Below, one piece after another: positions 1-12,500 of a stretch of DNA of 64,000 nucleotides (position 1 is the first letter of the stretch; each line of letters opens with the position of its first letter). Position numbers and translations under genes: made by a program. Under the pieces are notes generated by a model that saw only the letters and a list, made by a program, of their open reading frames with translations, was not told the DNA's origin and did not search any database. The stretch covers positions 137,640,001 through 137,704,000 of the forward strand of contig NW_024704742.1 in NCBI RefSeq assembly GCF_018977255.1. The letters are read 5' to 3'. The stretch is from Callorhinchus milii (Eukaryota).

Positions 1-112
1 GAGGTGGAATTTTGCGATTCTGTTGAGCCTTTGAGAACATGGGAACCCGTGACTCCCAATAACAGTGTTTGTTTGGCTGAAACATGATCTCATTCTTTTT
101 CTTCACTCATAG

Positions 113-162
113 ATTCAAGACGTCTCCATCCTGAGGCCAAGAAAAGAAGGAGCTCTGTATAG
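113..162 (+). CDS. Terminal coding exon of upstream paralog (gene Z), short Tyr-free tail (D)[15 protein letters not shown]
   Basis: Acceptor ttctttttcttcactcatAG; near-identical to gene A last exon 18799-18848; window 1-900 aligns with about 18687-19380. Confidence 0.7.
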
Positions 163-832
163 TTCCCGCTCTCTCACCTGTGCCTGTCTCCAGTGGCCAT
201 GAAAGTGTCTCGTACAAGATCACAAGAGCTTGAAGTCAGGCAGAGCTTCTGATGATCGAGACCTTTTGGCCTATAAGATCTCATCCTTGCAGTAAGCGCC
301 AGCCTGCAGTCCTCCCATTATAGCATTGAGCTGCTTCGACGACGTTCACAGTCACCTCCTCTGTCCCCCCGGCTTGGCAACAGGCTACGCCACTATGAAG
401 CATTCCGAGACGCTGCCCCATGTGAAGGGCGCTGAATAAATGCACTGTTGCTGTTAGGTTGAAGGTTATGACCTCCAGCAGCCACTCATGTCAAAGCCTT
501 CCATGTTCTAAATAGCTGTGTTTGAAAAGATGACTTCTTTCCTCTGTTCCAATCGTTGCAGTGAGAATCCTGATCTCACCGTTCTTCTCACCCACTGTGA
601 AACGCTCAGTGTATTCAGGGGTTGTGCTCATCCCGTGCCTTCAACTTCACACATCTCATCAACTCCTCGCGGCTTCCTGGAATCTCATCCTTTCCAATGG
701 GTTGTTGGAACCTCCAACCTCCAACCTTGAAGAACATCGTTGATTCCAAGACATTGAATGGGACTCTCTCATGAACTCCTTTTGCTACTAAACCTGTGCT
801 CCTTAGTAAATATTCTGTTTTCCAAATGACTG

Positions 833-838
833 AATAAA
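833..838 (+). promoter_or_regulatory. Polyadenylation signal of gene Z
   Basis: AATAAA followed by GT-rich tract; conserved at 19313-19318 in gene A. Confidence 0.5.
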
Positions 839-911
839 ATACTTGTGAAGGTATCACTCAGTCGTGTGGGTTAGTGTGTCTGCAGGCGGGTGAATCTGTG
901 GTACAATAATC

Positions 912-1240
912 GAGTCCTGTAGCTTAGTGGTCCTGTAGCTTTGAGCTCTGGCCTCGCAAGTGAGAGGATCTGGGTTCAATTCCCGGACAGGGTGAAATGA
1001 TCGGTAGTTTCCTGACTTCACACGCCTCTGTTTAAGTTGATCGCTTTTCCGGAAGGTAATAATCCCTTAAAAAAAGTTGTTCACTCAATCCACGACTGGC
1101 ACTGATGTGTTCAATTCGCTGCCGCATTTTGCCGACAAAATATAGAGGCAATGCACCTGACAGTATATTCTGTGAAGCGATTTCAGACGTCTCAAAGACG
1201 TGATAATGCGCTATATCCAGGGAAGGATTATTACAATACA
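912..1240 (+). mobile_element. tRNA-derived SINE, degenerate
   Basis: gtcctgtagcttagtgg A box, gggttcaattccc B box, L2-type 3' tail. Confidence 0.6.
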
Positions 1241-1689
1241 AAATGACAATACAACATTAGATTGTATAGCGCTGTACGTTTCCTCCACGTGCCTTTGTTT
1301 ACCTATCAGACAGTGGGAACTAAACAGGTCAGTCGATCGCTTTTAGTGTAATACTCTCTTCAAAGAAATTGTTTTTAAAGTAATTTGGTCACTTTGTTTG
1401 TGGGACACTGCTGTATGCAATTAGCAGCTGCATTTCTCCTTAAAAATACCCAGTCAATGCATTTTACAGTATACTCTGTGAAGCGCTATGAGACGTCTCA
1501 AAGATGTGACAACGCATTGTATCAATTGTAAGATTTATTACAAAGAAAATGACAATACAACTTTAGATTTGTATAGCGCCGTTCACATTGGGAGGATATC
1601 CCAAGAGGTTGGACAGTCAGGCATTTAGATCCGTGCAGGAGAGTTGTTGGGATCAGGGATGGCGGAGGGCAAGGAGGGTCGGAGTGACA

Positions 1690-2960
1690 AACTGACAAAT
1701 GACGCTCTGTCTATCTGGGACCAGGGCTCCCTCTGTCTACTCGTCCTCCTTGACCTCTCTGCTGCCTTCGACACCATCGACCACTCTACCCTCCTCCACT
1801 GCCTCCTCTCACCTCAACGTTCATGGCTCTGTCCTTGACTGGTTCAGATCGTACCTCTCACACCGCCTCCACTTCATCTCCACAAACGGCTTCTCCTCTG
1901 GGATCCCCACCGTCTCGTGCAGTGTTTCTCAGGGCTCTGTCCTTGGTTCCCTCCTCTTCAATATCTATATGCCCCCTCTCGGTGACATCATCCGCAGACA
2001 TGGGGTCAACTTCCACACGTATGCAGATGACACCCAACTGAACCTCTCTGCCTCCACCCTGAACTCCAGGACCACTGCTGTCCTGACAGAATGTCTGTCA
2101 GACATCAAGTCCTGGATGAGAGCGAACTTCCTTCAGTTGAACGTCAACAAGACCGAGGCTCTCCCGATTGGCTCCCGTCAGCACCTCCTCACCTCAGGCG
2201 CTGACAGCACCACCATCCATGGTTGCACACTCCACCTCACTGAGCAGCACGGAACCTCGGGGTCTTGTTTGAGCCAAACTTTCCTTTCTACCCCACATAT
2301 GCATCACGACCCGCTCTGGCTTCCCACCTCTGCAACATCGCCCGGCTCCGCCACTGTCTCACCCCGCAGGCCGCTTTCATTACATCGTGGCTTGGCTTTG
2401 CAAACCCATTGCTTCTCGGCCTCCCCAACTCCTCCCTCCATAAGCCGCAGATCATCCAGAACTCTGCAGCCTGTATCCTCTCCCGCACTAATCTCCATGA
2501 TCTTATCCTCGCCTAACACCACTGGCTTCCCATCACCCAGAGGATACAGTTCAAGACCCCGGTCCTCACATTCAAAACCCTCCATGGTCTTGCTCCCCCC
2601 CACCTCTGTGACTTTCTAACCACCTACCATCCTGCTCACTCCCTCTGTTCAGTGGGCTCTGCCCTGCATCATGTTCCCCGCCTCACTTGCGCTACTATTG
2701 GCAGGCGGGACATCTTCCACTCTGACCCCATCCACTGGAACTCCATCCCGCAGTCCCTCCGCATCGCCCCCTCCCTTGCCAACTTCAAGACCCAACTCAA
2801 GACCCCCCCTTCGACATTTCTTTTGATCTCCCTGCTTCCCCCACTGCCCTCCACACTCCCCGACCCCAACCCCCAGTTCGGGTCCGTAACTCTGTCTGTC
2901 CAGCAATTTGGGACGTCCTCACGACGTGAAAGGTGCTTTACAAATGTAATTTTGTTGTTG
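1690..2960 (+). mobile_element. L2 LINE fragment (RT and 3' end), frameshifted
   Basis: [26 protein letters not shown] motifs; tail gtgaaaggtgc..(ttg)n. Confidence 0.85.
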
Positions 2961-2964
2961 TGCT

Positions 2965-3375
2965 GTTGCTGTAGGAGAGTTCCCGAAGGCAATGTCGAAG
3001 CAGCGGATCTTGAGACGTACCTGGAAAGAGGCGAGGGTGGGAGCGCAGTGGAGAGACTAAAGGGTGGGGTTGGGTAGAGTTCCAAAGGGTGGGGACGGAG
3101 AGGCTGAATGCCCACTCCTGATGGTGGGCAGGAGGGCAGACCTGGTGTGGGCCGAAGCCTGCTGTGTGGAGGGAGTGCGCAAATTGATATGGGTTAGCAG
3201 GTCACAGAGGTAGGAAAGAGCGAGGCCGTGGGGGCCCTGAAGGCAAAGATGAGGATTTTGAACTCTATCCTCTGCGGGAAGTGGAGCCAGTGACGCCGGG
3301 CGAGGGTGGGGGTGACAGGGTCACAGCGCCAGGTGCAGGAGAGGACATGAGCTGCAGAGCTCTCAAGGCCTCCAC
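2965..3375 (-). mobile_element. L2 LINE 3' fragment
   Basis: HWLHFPQRIEFKIL motif on minus strand. Confidence 0.7.
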
Positions 3376-3379
3376 CATA

Positions 3380-3625
3380 TACAGACATACAGAGAGACAC
3401 ACTCACACAGTGAGAGACCAACACAGAGAGAGACTCACATACACTCACGTCACAGGGAGAGACATATTCACTCACAGACACAAAGAGAGCGAAAGACAAA
3501 AACAGTCACTCACACAGAGAGTGACGCAAACACAGACACGGAGAGAGACACACACACAGACACATAGAGAAAGATGAACACATTTATTCACACACACACA
3601 CAGAGACACAATCATAGACACACAG
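3380..3625. repeat. Degenerate (CA/GA)n simple repeat
   Basis: acacac/agagag runs. Confidence 0.8.
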
Positions 3626-3767
3626 AGAGCTGCCGTATAGAGCCCCAGTAAAGAGCGATCACCAGCACAGACAGCAGAGGGGGGGAAGGCTTCTGTGCCG
3701 TAAACCAACAAATCACATGGACAGCGGCTCCACTTCTCTGACCTTAACATAACGCAGGAAGTCAGTT

Positions 3768-4100
3768 TGGCTCAGTCAGTCACACTCTCACCTCTGGGTC
3801 TAAAGCCTGGGTTCGTGCCCATGTCGGGATTGTGCTCAGAGTCCAGGCTGATGCTCCAGCCCAGGGGGAGCTGTACATCGTCAGAGTTGCCGTCCTTCAG
3901 ATGAGACGTTAAACCAAGGACATGTTTAACTGACATTAAAGATCCATCGACACTGATGGAAAAGAGAAGCGAGTTCCTCCCGGCTTCCTGCGCGACAATC
4001 AACCAGATTAATGGTTCACAAAAACAGTGTTATCGCTGTGTGCAAACTCGCTGCTGTGTTTGTCCATGAACACAGTCACCATCTGTTGAAGACCTCTGAG
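3768..4100 (+). mobile_element. Deu-domain-type tRNA-derived SINE
   Basis: ggctcagtcag A box, gggttcgtgccc B box, gatgagacgttaaacc..aaagatcc core; copies at about 8409-8700, 22260-22600, 63850-64000(-). Confidence 0.65.
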
Positions 4101-4434
4101 ATTTTAAACCATTACAGGTTCTGTATCAAAGTACAGAAACATAAAGGTCATTGAAACATTTATCTACAAAAAATGTTCTACATTTATTCTACAAAAGTTG
4201 CAGATTTTAACGTTTGGCATTTTTTGCTGCAGTTACACCTGACGGCCACTGAGCCAAAGTGGCGCTGTGCCATCGCGCATCACAGAGCACACACTGCAGT
4301 TACCACTGGCGGCCGCTGTGGCGCTGTGGCGCTGTGGCGCTGTGGCAGCCGCCGTCACAGAGCAATCACGTGGCCAAGAGGCGGGAAGAAAATGAAGGGC
4401 AACAACAACATTAAATGTTTAAAGAGCCGATCCC

Positions 4435-5115
4435 CTCCTGAGCCCCTCCCCCTGAGCCCCTCCCCCTGAGCCCCTCCCCCTGAGCCCCTCCCCCTGAGCC
4501 CTCCCCCTGAGCCCCTCCCCCCGAGCCCCTCCCCCGAGCCCCTCCCCCCGAGCCCCTCCCCTGAGCCCCTCCCCTGAGCCCTCCCCCTGAGCCCCTCCCC
4601 CTGAGCCCCTCCCCCCGAGCCCCTCCCCCGAGCCCCTCCCCCTGAGCCCCTCCCCCTGAGCCCCTCCCCTGAGCCCTCCCCCTGAGCCCCTCCCCCCGAG
4701 CCCCTCCCCCCGAGCCCCTCCCCCCGAGCCCCTCCCCCTGACCCCTCCCCCTGAGCCCCTCCCCCAGAGCCCCTCCCCCAGAGCCTCTCCCCCAGAGCCT
4801 CTCCTTTGTGCCTCTCCCCTGAGCCCCTCCCCCAAGCCCTCCCCCTGAGCCCCTCCCCCCAAGCCCCTCCCCCTGAGCCCTCCCCTGAGTCCCTCCCCCT
4901 GAGCCCCTCCCCTGATCCCTCCCCCTGAGTCCCTCCCCCTGAGCCCCTCCCCCTGAGTCCCTCCCCTGAGCCCCTCCCCCTGAGTCCCTCCCCCAGAGCC
5001 TCTCCTTTGTGCCTCTCCCCCTGAGCCCTCCTCCTGAGCCCTTCCCCTGAGCCCCTCCCCCCAAGCCCTCCCCCTGAGCCCTCCCCCCAAGCCCCTCCCC
5101 CTGAGCCCCTCCCCA
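4435..5115. repeat. C-rich minisatellite, about 14-bp unit tgagcccctccccc; G-quadruplex-prone on minus strand
   Basis: Direct tandem units visible over about 680 bp. Confidence 0.92.
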
Positions 5116-5689
5116 AATCCCCCCACAGGAGATCTTCCACAGGAGTCCCCCCACATGAGTACAGATAAAGATGAGATGTCTGTCTGGATGTCCATCTGCG
5201 TTCCATATCGGAGACGTCGGTTGTAAGCGAAGTTGTTAACAAACAATAAACATCAAGAAATAACACGTAGTAAATTCTTGCAAAAAAGATGTTAATGGTT
5301 TGTTTAACAAATCTGGGCGGCCCACAGGTCGGGGGTGGGGGGGGGGGCGGGGTGGGGGATTAGGACTGACTGGGGGGCTACAGCAAGTTATCACCTCTGC
5401 CTCTCAGGGCTGCTCCCAGATACACAGAGAGAGAGTCACAGACAATATGAACTGCGGGGCCTCAGGGTGAGGGAAGCCCACTTCCCCCTCGAGCCGCACC
5501 GCGCCCGCACATCCTGGGCGGCTCCGCTCACAGTCGTGGCAGCGAGTTAACAGCCGGTGGCAGCGCAGAGGCCCCGAACTCACTGTGTGTTTAGCCGTTT
5601 GTAGCCGAGGGGATGTCCGTAGCGGACTCCGCGGGAAAATTGTGGTCCACTTTTCTATTGGCCGAGATCATACCCCATCGGGTGTCAGT

Positions 5690-5985
5690 CTGGCGAGTCA
5701 GTAGCACTCTCGCCTCTGGGTCAGAGGGTTGTGGGTTCACGCCCCACATCAGGACTTTCTGTTCACCATCCAGGCTGACACTTCAGTGCCGTCTTGGGGT
5801 CGCCCTTCATTGTCACAGGTGAGTGTACAATCCATCCTAATGTACAGCAATTCCCAAGTGTTGGTGGTTTGGATAACCCACAGCATAGGGATGGGTTTCT
5901 GCGCGTGTCAGACACCCGACTAACGAAAAATACACCGATACCTCTGCACAGACACAGTGGGGAAAGAGCAGGGATTTGGATTACC
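5690..5985 (+). mobile_element. Degenerate tRNA-derived SINE
   Basis: gagtcagtagcactctcgcctctgggtcagagggttgtgggttcacgccc head. Confidence 0.55.
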
Positions 5986-6154
5986 GTATAGAGCCCCAGT
6001 AAAGAGCGATCACCAGCACAGACAGCAGAGGGGGGGAAGGCTTCTGCGCTGTAAACCAACAAATCACATGGACAGCAGCTCCACTTCTCTGACCTTAACA
6101 TAACGCAGGAAGTCAGTTTGGCTCAGTCAGTCACACTCTCACCTCTGGGTCTAA

Positions 6155-8350
6155 AGAACATAAGAACATAAGAATTAGGAGCAGGAGTAGGCCATTCAGT
6201 CCCTCTAGCCTGCCCCGCCATTCAATAAGATCATGGCTGATATATTCTAACTTCACCTCCTGCCTTATCCCCATATCCCTTAATCCCTTTAACCGCAAGA
6301 AATCTATCAATCTCAGTCTTGATTATGTTCCATAAATTCACTACCCTCTTGAGTGAAGAAATATTTCCTCAACTCTGTTCAAAAAAGCTGACCCTCAACT
6401 CAGTGCGAAATGACTTACCCCTAATTTTAAGAATGTGAACCCCTGCTTATAGTTTCTCCAACCAAGGGAAAAAGTCTCCCACTATCTATTCTGTCGTGTT
6501 TCCTCCGGCTCCGGTCTGCTCCCCATCCCCCGCCCAACCGCCCTACCATCGGTGGCCGGGCCTTCAGCCTCTCAGCCCCGAGGCTCTGGAACTCTATCCC
6601 CCGGTGCCTTCTCCGCCTCCTCCCTTTCCTCCTTCAAGGCCGGTCTCAAGACCTTTCTCTTTCACCGAGCCTTCCGCTCCCCTTTTGACTCTCTACCCCC
6701 TCCTCGCTGCCTCCCTTCCCTCCCCTCACCCTGACCATTTCCCCCCCAATGCTCGGGTCCCGACCCAACTGTCCAGCGCCTTGGGACGTCCTCCCGATGT
6801 GAAAGGCCCTCTATAAATGGAATCTTGTTGTTGTTGTTGTTGTGGTGCCCCTTAATAACCTTATAGGTCTCAAAAAATCACTCCTCATTCTTCTATATTC
6901 TAGAGAATATAGGCCTAAATTACTCAACCTATCCTCACAACTCACCGCCCTCATCCCAGGTACCAACCTAATGAATCTACGTTGAACCCACTCCAAGGTG
7001 AGTACATACTTTCCTAATAATAATAATAATAATAATCCTTGCATTTGATATAGCGCTTTACACGTCTTCTAGACGTCCTAAAGCGCTTCACAGAATATAC
7101 TGTAAAGTGAATTGACTGTATATTTGTGGGCGAACGCGGCAGCCAATTGCACACAGCAATGTCCCACAAACAGTCGTGGATTGAAAATGACCAATTTGTT
7201 ATTGTTTTTGGTTTTGGAGGGAATATTATTAGGCTCTGTGTGGAGTAAGGAAACTTGCCCAAGGTTTCGCCCTCTGCCTGGAATTGAACTCAAGTCTCTC
7301 ACTTGCAAAGCGAGTGCTCTAACCACTGAGCTACGGGACTCCACGGAAGGTGTGTTGGTCTCCTTAAATAAGGAGACCAACACCCAATACTCTTGGTGCG
7401 GTCTCACCAGGGCCCTATATAGCTGCAGTAAAACTTTCCTACTCTTATATTCTAACCCTTTTGTAACAAATGCCAACATACCATTAGCCTTCCTAATTCC
7501 TTACTGTACCTGCAAACTAACTTTTTGTGACTGGTATACAAGGACACCCAAGTCCCTCTGAACGCTAACACTATCGAGTCTCTCCCCTTCTAAAAAATAA
7601 TCTGCTCTACTGTTTTTGCCACCGAGGTGATGACTTCACAGTTCCCTACATTATACTTCATCTGCCTCCTATTTGCCCACTCACCTGCCTATTTATATCT
7701 CGTTGCATTTTTTTAATGTCGTCCTCTGTGTTTACCCTCTCTCCTAGTTTAGTGTCCTCCGCGAATTTAGATATATTAAGTTTGATGTCCTCATCTGATC
7801 GTTGATGTAGATTGTAAAAAGATTTGTTAAACATGATTTCCCTTTTGTAAAGCCATGTTGACTGTCTAATTATCTTGTCATCCGCTAAGTATCCCACTAA
7901 GGATTCTAGAATTTTCCCTACCACCGATGTCAGACTAACTGGTCTATAGTTCCCCGTCTTTTCTCTCCCACCCTTCTTAAATAGTGGTGTGACATTTGCG
8001 ATCTTCCAATCAATGGGAACCGTTCCAGAATCCAAAGAATTTTGGAAGATCAGACACAAGGCCTCCACTATCTCATGAGTTACCTCTTTTACAACCCTAG
8101 GCTGCAAACCATCAGGTCCGGAGGCCTTGCCACTTTTTAATGCCAACAATTTCTCTAGCACTAATTCTTTGCCAATGTAAATTTCCCTAAGTTGCTCCCT
8201 ATCATTAGCCCCTTGGTTCATCTCTATCTCTGGTAGTAAACTTCTTGTGTCTTCTAACATGAAGACAGAAGCAAAGTATTTATTTAGGGACTCTCCCATA
8301 TCGTTATCCCCCATTATAATTTTTCCTGTCTCTGCCTGTATTGAACCCAA
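6155..8350 (-). mobile_element. CR1 (HER1-like) LINE fragment with nested L2 3' piece (6496-6842, +) and SINE (7018-7345, -)
   Basis: PLFKKG..NYRPVSLTSVVGK and SKFAEDTKLG motifs; 3' tail with (cttatgtt)n; interrupts a SINE between ctaaag and gggttcgtgccc. Confidence 0.85.
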
Positions 8351-9309
8351 TTTACTTTTGCTAGCCTATTCCTCTCAATGTATTTATTGATGTATTATTA
8401 TTATTGATGGGTTCGTGCCCATGTTGGGATAGTGCTCAGAGTCCAGGCTGATGCTCCAGCCCAGGGGGAGCTGTACATCGTCAGAGTTGCCGTCCTTCAG
8501 ATGAGATGTTAAACCAAGGACCTGTTTGCCTGACATTAAAGATCCCTCGACACTGATGGAAAAGAGAAGCGAGTTCCTCCCGGCTTCCTGCGCGACAATC
8601 AACCAGATTAATGGTTCATTCAACTTCTGGCTGTTTTTGTGATATCGCTGTGTGCAAACTGGTTGCTGTGTTTGTCCATGAACACAGACACGATCGGTTC
8701 AAAACCTTTGAGACTTCCTAACATTACAGATTTTGTATCAAATACAGAACTGAACGGGTTATTAAAACATTTGTTCACTTCTTCAGTGAGAGAGTAGGAA
8801 ACTTATGGAACGTTCTCTAGGGAGATGGTAGAAGTAAAGAGTATTGTTTGTTTTTAGAACAAATTAGAAGTTCAGAGTAGTAAACTAATGGAAAAGCCTC
8901 CCTAGTGGAAACAGAAAATTTGTTTCGAGAAAATAATAGAAAATAATATCTCAGGATACACTTTATAAAAATAATAATCCCTCGAAAACAAAAAACAATA
9001 ATAAATTGATCATTTTCAATCTACGACTGTTTGTGGGACATTGCTGTGCGCAATTGGCTGCCGCGTTCGCCCACAAATATACAGTCAATTCACTTTACAG
9101 TGTGTTCTGTGAAGCGCTTTGGGACGTCCTCCCAACGTGAAAAGTGCTATATCAAATGCAAGGATTATTATTATTATTATTTATAGATCTGAAATTATAG
9201 TTTAGGAAATGATATGTCAAGCGACTGCCAGGATGGTGGAAGGCGAACGAGATGGAGCTTTGTCTTCCTTCACCAGCAAATTCTTGTGTTCCCATGTAAA
9301 CGTGGCCAA

Positions 9310-9317
9310 TATAAAAA
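9310..9317 (+). promoter_or_regulatory. Putative TATA box of gene A
   Basis: TATAAAAA about 240 bp upstream of ATG; equivalent at 23469-23475 (B) and 63649-63656 (C, minus). Confidence 0.45.
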
Positions 9318-9547
9318 GGGTGTGAAATGTAATAGAGCATTAAAAGTCACCCAGTTACTGTGACAGGGGGTGAGGGCGGGTTAGTGTTGGGGACAAACAT
9401 AACAGAGCATCAGAACATAGCGGATGCGGAGGGTGGAGCTCTGGTGGTGACCACAGAACGAGAGGAGGAAGGAAAGAGAAGGGTGACCAGCTGTGCCAGT
9501 GCGAGGCAGACGTGCGCGGGGAAGGAGTGTGTCCTGAGTGAGGGACG

Positions 9548-9599
9548 ATGATGCTGGGAGCTGTGCTCTGTACCCTGGTCCTGTCAGCCTCGGCCTTCC
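9548..9599 (+). CDS. Gene A exon 1, signal peptide [17 protein letters not shown]
   Basis: Hydrophobic 17-mer, phase-1 donor c|GTACGT. Confidence 0.85.
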
Positions 9600-12500
9600 G
9601 TACGTACTTTCCAATCAGAAACCTGACTGGCTTTAATTACTGCTTTACCTTTTACTGGAATAATTACAGTCATGTGATATCTCCTGCAAATAAGATTCCC
9701 GTCTCTAAACTGAACAGAACTGTGTTACTCACTGAGCCCCACAGTGTAAGTGTTTGCCTCACCCTTTGGAACTCCATCCCACAGTCCCTTCCCCTCACCC
9801 CTCTCTTGATGTCCTCCCGACATGAAAGGTGCTATACAATTTGTTGTTGAATCGGTGATCTTCCCATCCTGCGCAGAATACTGTCTGTGATGAGGTGAGC
9901 AGGATACGTCCCTCTGGGGACAAAGTGCACATCTCATTCCAGACACACAGACATTTCCAGATATAGGTGGAATTCTGAGTAGTTTGGTTTGAAGACTCTT
10001 CAGCGCAGTGATGAGTTTCCTCTGTTATCAGACACCCGGCTGATCGCAAACAAAGTGTCTGTGCCGGCGCTAGTTCTCACTGCAGCTCTGTATTCTACTG
10101 CAGTTTCTCACTCTTAAAATGATGGTATTTTTGTAGCATGAAAACAGCCCCTCCGCCCGTTCATTCCATTTTAAACAGTATTATTTGCTTCACCAGCTGC
10201 TCAGTCTTACCCTGTGTCTCGCTCACTCTCCCTCCCCCCAAAAAACATTTAATATTCCTCCTCTTCAAACATCTATCCAATTCCTTTCAAAAGACTTGAC
10301 TGTGGATTCATGTAGCTCAGTGGTTTGCACACTCACCTCAAAGGTGAGAAACCTGGGTTCGATTCCCAGCAGGCGAAAGGTTAGGCAAGTTTCCCTACTC
10401 CACAAGCTTCTGTTTATCTAGAAGTAAGTAAGAACCCGGTTGTTAGTCGATTGGCAGATCACTTTTCTGGGGGTATTAATTCCTTCAAAATAAATGATAT
10501 TAAATTGGTCACTCAATTCACGACTGTTTGTTGGTCACTGCTGTGGACTATTGGCTGCTGCATTTCTCCCACAAAATATACAGTCAATTCACTTGAGAGC
10601 ATATCCTGTGAAGCGCTTTGGGACGACTCAAAGACGTAATAAGGTGCTATATCAAATGCAAGGGTTACTTTATTATTATTGATGGACTTTGCCTCAACTC
10701 CGGTTTGTTACCTGTCTGCTTTTATGTTGTGTTCTGGTTCACATTACACCATGTGTGTCCTCACAGGGCTCAGTAAGAATGGCTGGACGATGGAGATCCC
10801 CGATACAGTGACCGGCAGTTTAGGGTCACCGGTCACCGTGTACTGCAAGTTCACTCACCCTCACCCCAGATACACAGGGAACATCACCATCATGTGGAAT
10901 GCAGGAGGGACTGGTCCTGTGTATATTAAATATACAAATTATAGGCCGGATTCACAGGGAAAGTACCAAAATGTCATTGATGTAAACGAGGGAGAGCGAT
11001 ATCGAGTGATTGGGGATCCGAGGAGGAACGACGCCACAATAGAGATAAACCAACTGAGGGGAGAGGACAATAATAAGCTGTTGTCCTGTCGTGTGGAGCT
11101 CCAGGGTGAGGACGGAAAGTTTGAAACTGGCCCCAAAACACGTCTGATTGTTACAGGTGAGGAACGATGGGAAGTGGGAATGAGACGTGACGTTCCTCAC
11201 TGGGGCCGGAGTCAGTGGGAAGTGTCCCGTCCCAGGACGGGCAATAGAGAGCCAGTGTTCCCTGTGATGGACGGTGTGTAGCAGGGAGCTGACAGGTGAC
11301 AGTGAGTGAGCGGCTGCAGGGAGGGAGGGCTGTGCTGTACACTGACCTGTCACTGAGCACCTGGAGGCTGAGGCGGCCTCACTGTTGGGTTGTCTATTTG
11401 CCGAGGCCCCTCACATGAGGACCTGGATTCAGCAGCTGGTGATCAGTAAGCCTGGGACGGCAATGGATCTCGAGAACATCAAGGTGGCTGGCAGGTCACA
11501 AACTGCCCTGTAAGGTTCTCCCACCACAAAGCCGGTGTAAAGCAGGGACTGGCTCCACAGTGACATACCAGGCCACAGGACGTCGGGCAGGAGTCAACCC
11601 TCTGTGGGGGTCTCTAGTCTGGTTCCTGAGCCAGGCGGTCGCAGTACTCCAGGGCACTGCTGATTTGGCATCAGCCTCATTGGCAGACCAGTCACTGGGC
11701 GCGACCATTCCCACTCAGCTCAATAACACCACAGATCTACACAAGCAGCAGGAAGCTTGCCACACAGTGCCGTCACTGGCCAACTGTGCTGTGGAGTCCT
11801 GTAGTGTAGTGGTTAGAGCACTCGCCTCACAAGCGAGAAGGCCTGAGTTCGATTCCCGGCAGTGTCAAACCTTGGGCAAGTTTCCTTACTCGACACGCCT
11901 CTGTTTACCTATCAGTAAGTAGGAACGTGGTTGTTAGTCGATTAGTGGATCACCTCGGGGGGTAATAATCTCTCCAAAAATAATTTTAAAAAGAATTTGG
12001 TTGCTCAATCACCGATATTTTGATGCAACACTGCTGGCGCAATTGGCTGCTGCATTTCTCCCACAAAATATGCAGTCAATTCACTTGAGAGCATATCCTG
12101 TGAAGCGCTTTCGGACGACTCAAAGACGTAATAAGGTGCTATATCAAATGCAAGGGTTACTTTATTATTATTGATGGACTTTGCCTCAACTCCGGTTTGT
12201 TACCTGTCTGCTTTTATGTTGTGTTCTGGTTCACATTACACCATGTGTGTCCTCACAGGGCTCAGTGGGAATGGCTGGACGATGGAGACCCCCGATACAG
12301 TGACCGGCAGGTTAGGGTCACCGGTCACCGTGTACTGCAAATTCACTCACCCTCACCCCAGATACACAGGGAACATCACCATCATATGGAATGCAGGAAG
12401 GACTGGTCCTGTGTATATTAAATATACAAATTATGGGCCGGATTCACAGGGAAAGTATCAAAATGTCATTGATGTAAATGAGGGAGAGCGATATCGAGTG

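Noticed and set aside
1699-2619. RT-like ORFs as functional retroelements (also 26134-26902, 45168-46101, 53394-54306)
   Set aside because: 5'-truncated and frameshifted; none encodes a complete ORF2
4355-5266. Long Gly/Arg/Glu-rich ORFs (303, 247, 275 aa)
   Set aside because: Translations of the G-rich minisatellite in several frames; no splice or domain support
10767-11156. Assignment to antigen receptors (Ig/TCR/NAR) or PILR
   Set aside because: No RSS, J or constant-region segments; PILR shares CRVE but lacks the C2 domain, while THPH, PRRND and CTAEGEPP favour Siglec-15
10679-11281. 200-aa ORFs around V1 as standalone secreted proteins (also 12171, 13660, 25211, 61238)
   Set aside because: Extensions beyond the splice sites are intronic read-through with no leader and no nearby polyA; same for the V2 ORFs and the leader ORFs 9548-9850 etc.
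11793-11870. tRNA-Val(CAC)-like sequence (also about 13282, 14779, 27336, 43330, 60660)
   Set aside because: Acceptor stem cannot pair and the T stem is broken in most copies; runs into SINE body and L2 tail, so these are SINE heads, not tRNA genes
11396-11922. Conserved intronic ORFs repeated in all genes (e.g. 14396-14908, 60607-61104)
   Set aside because: Conservation only reflects recent duplication; frames broken by indels in some copies and run into a SINE
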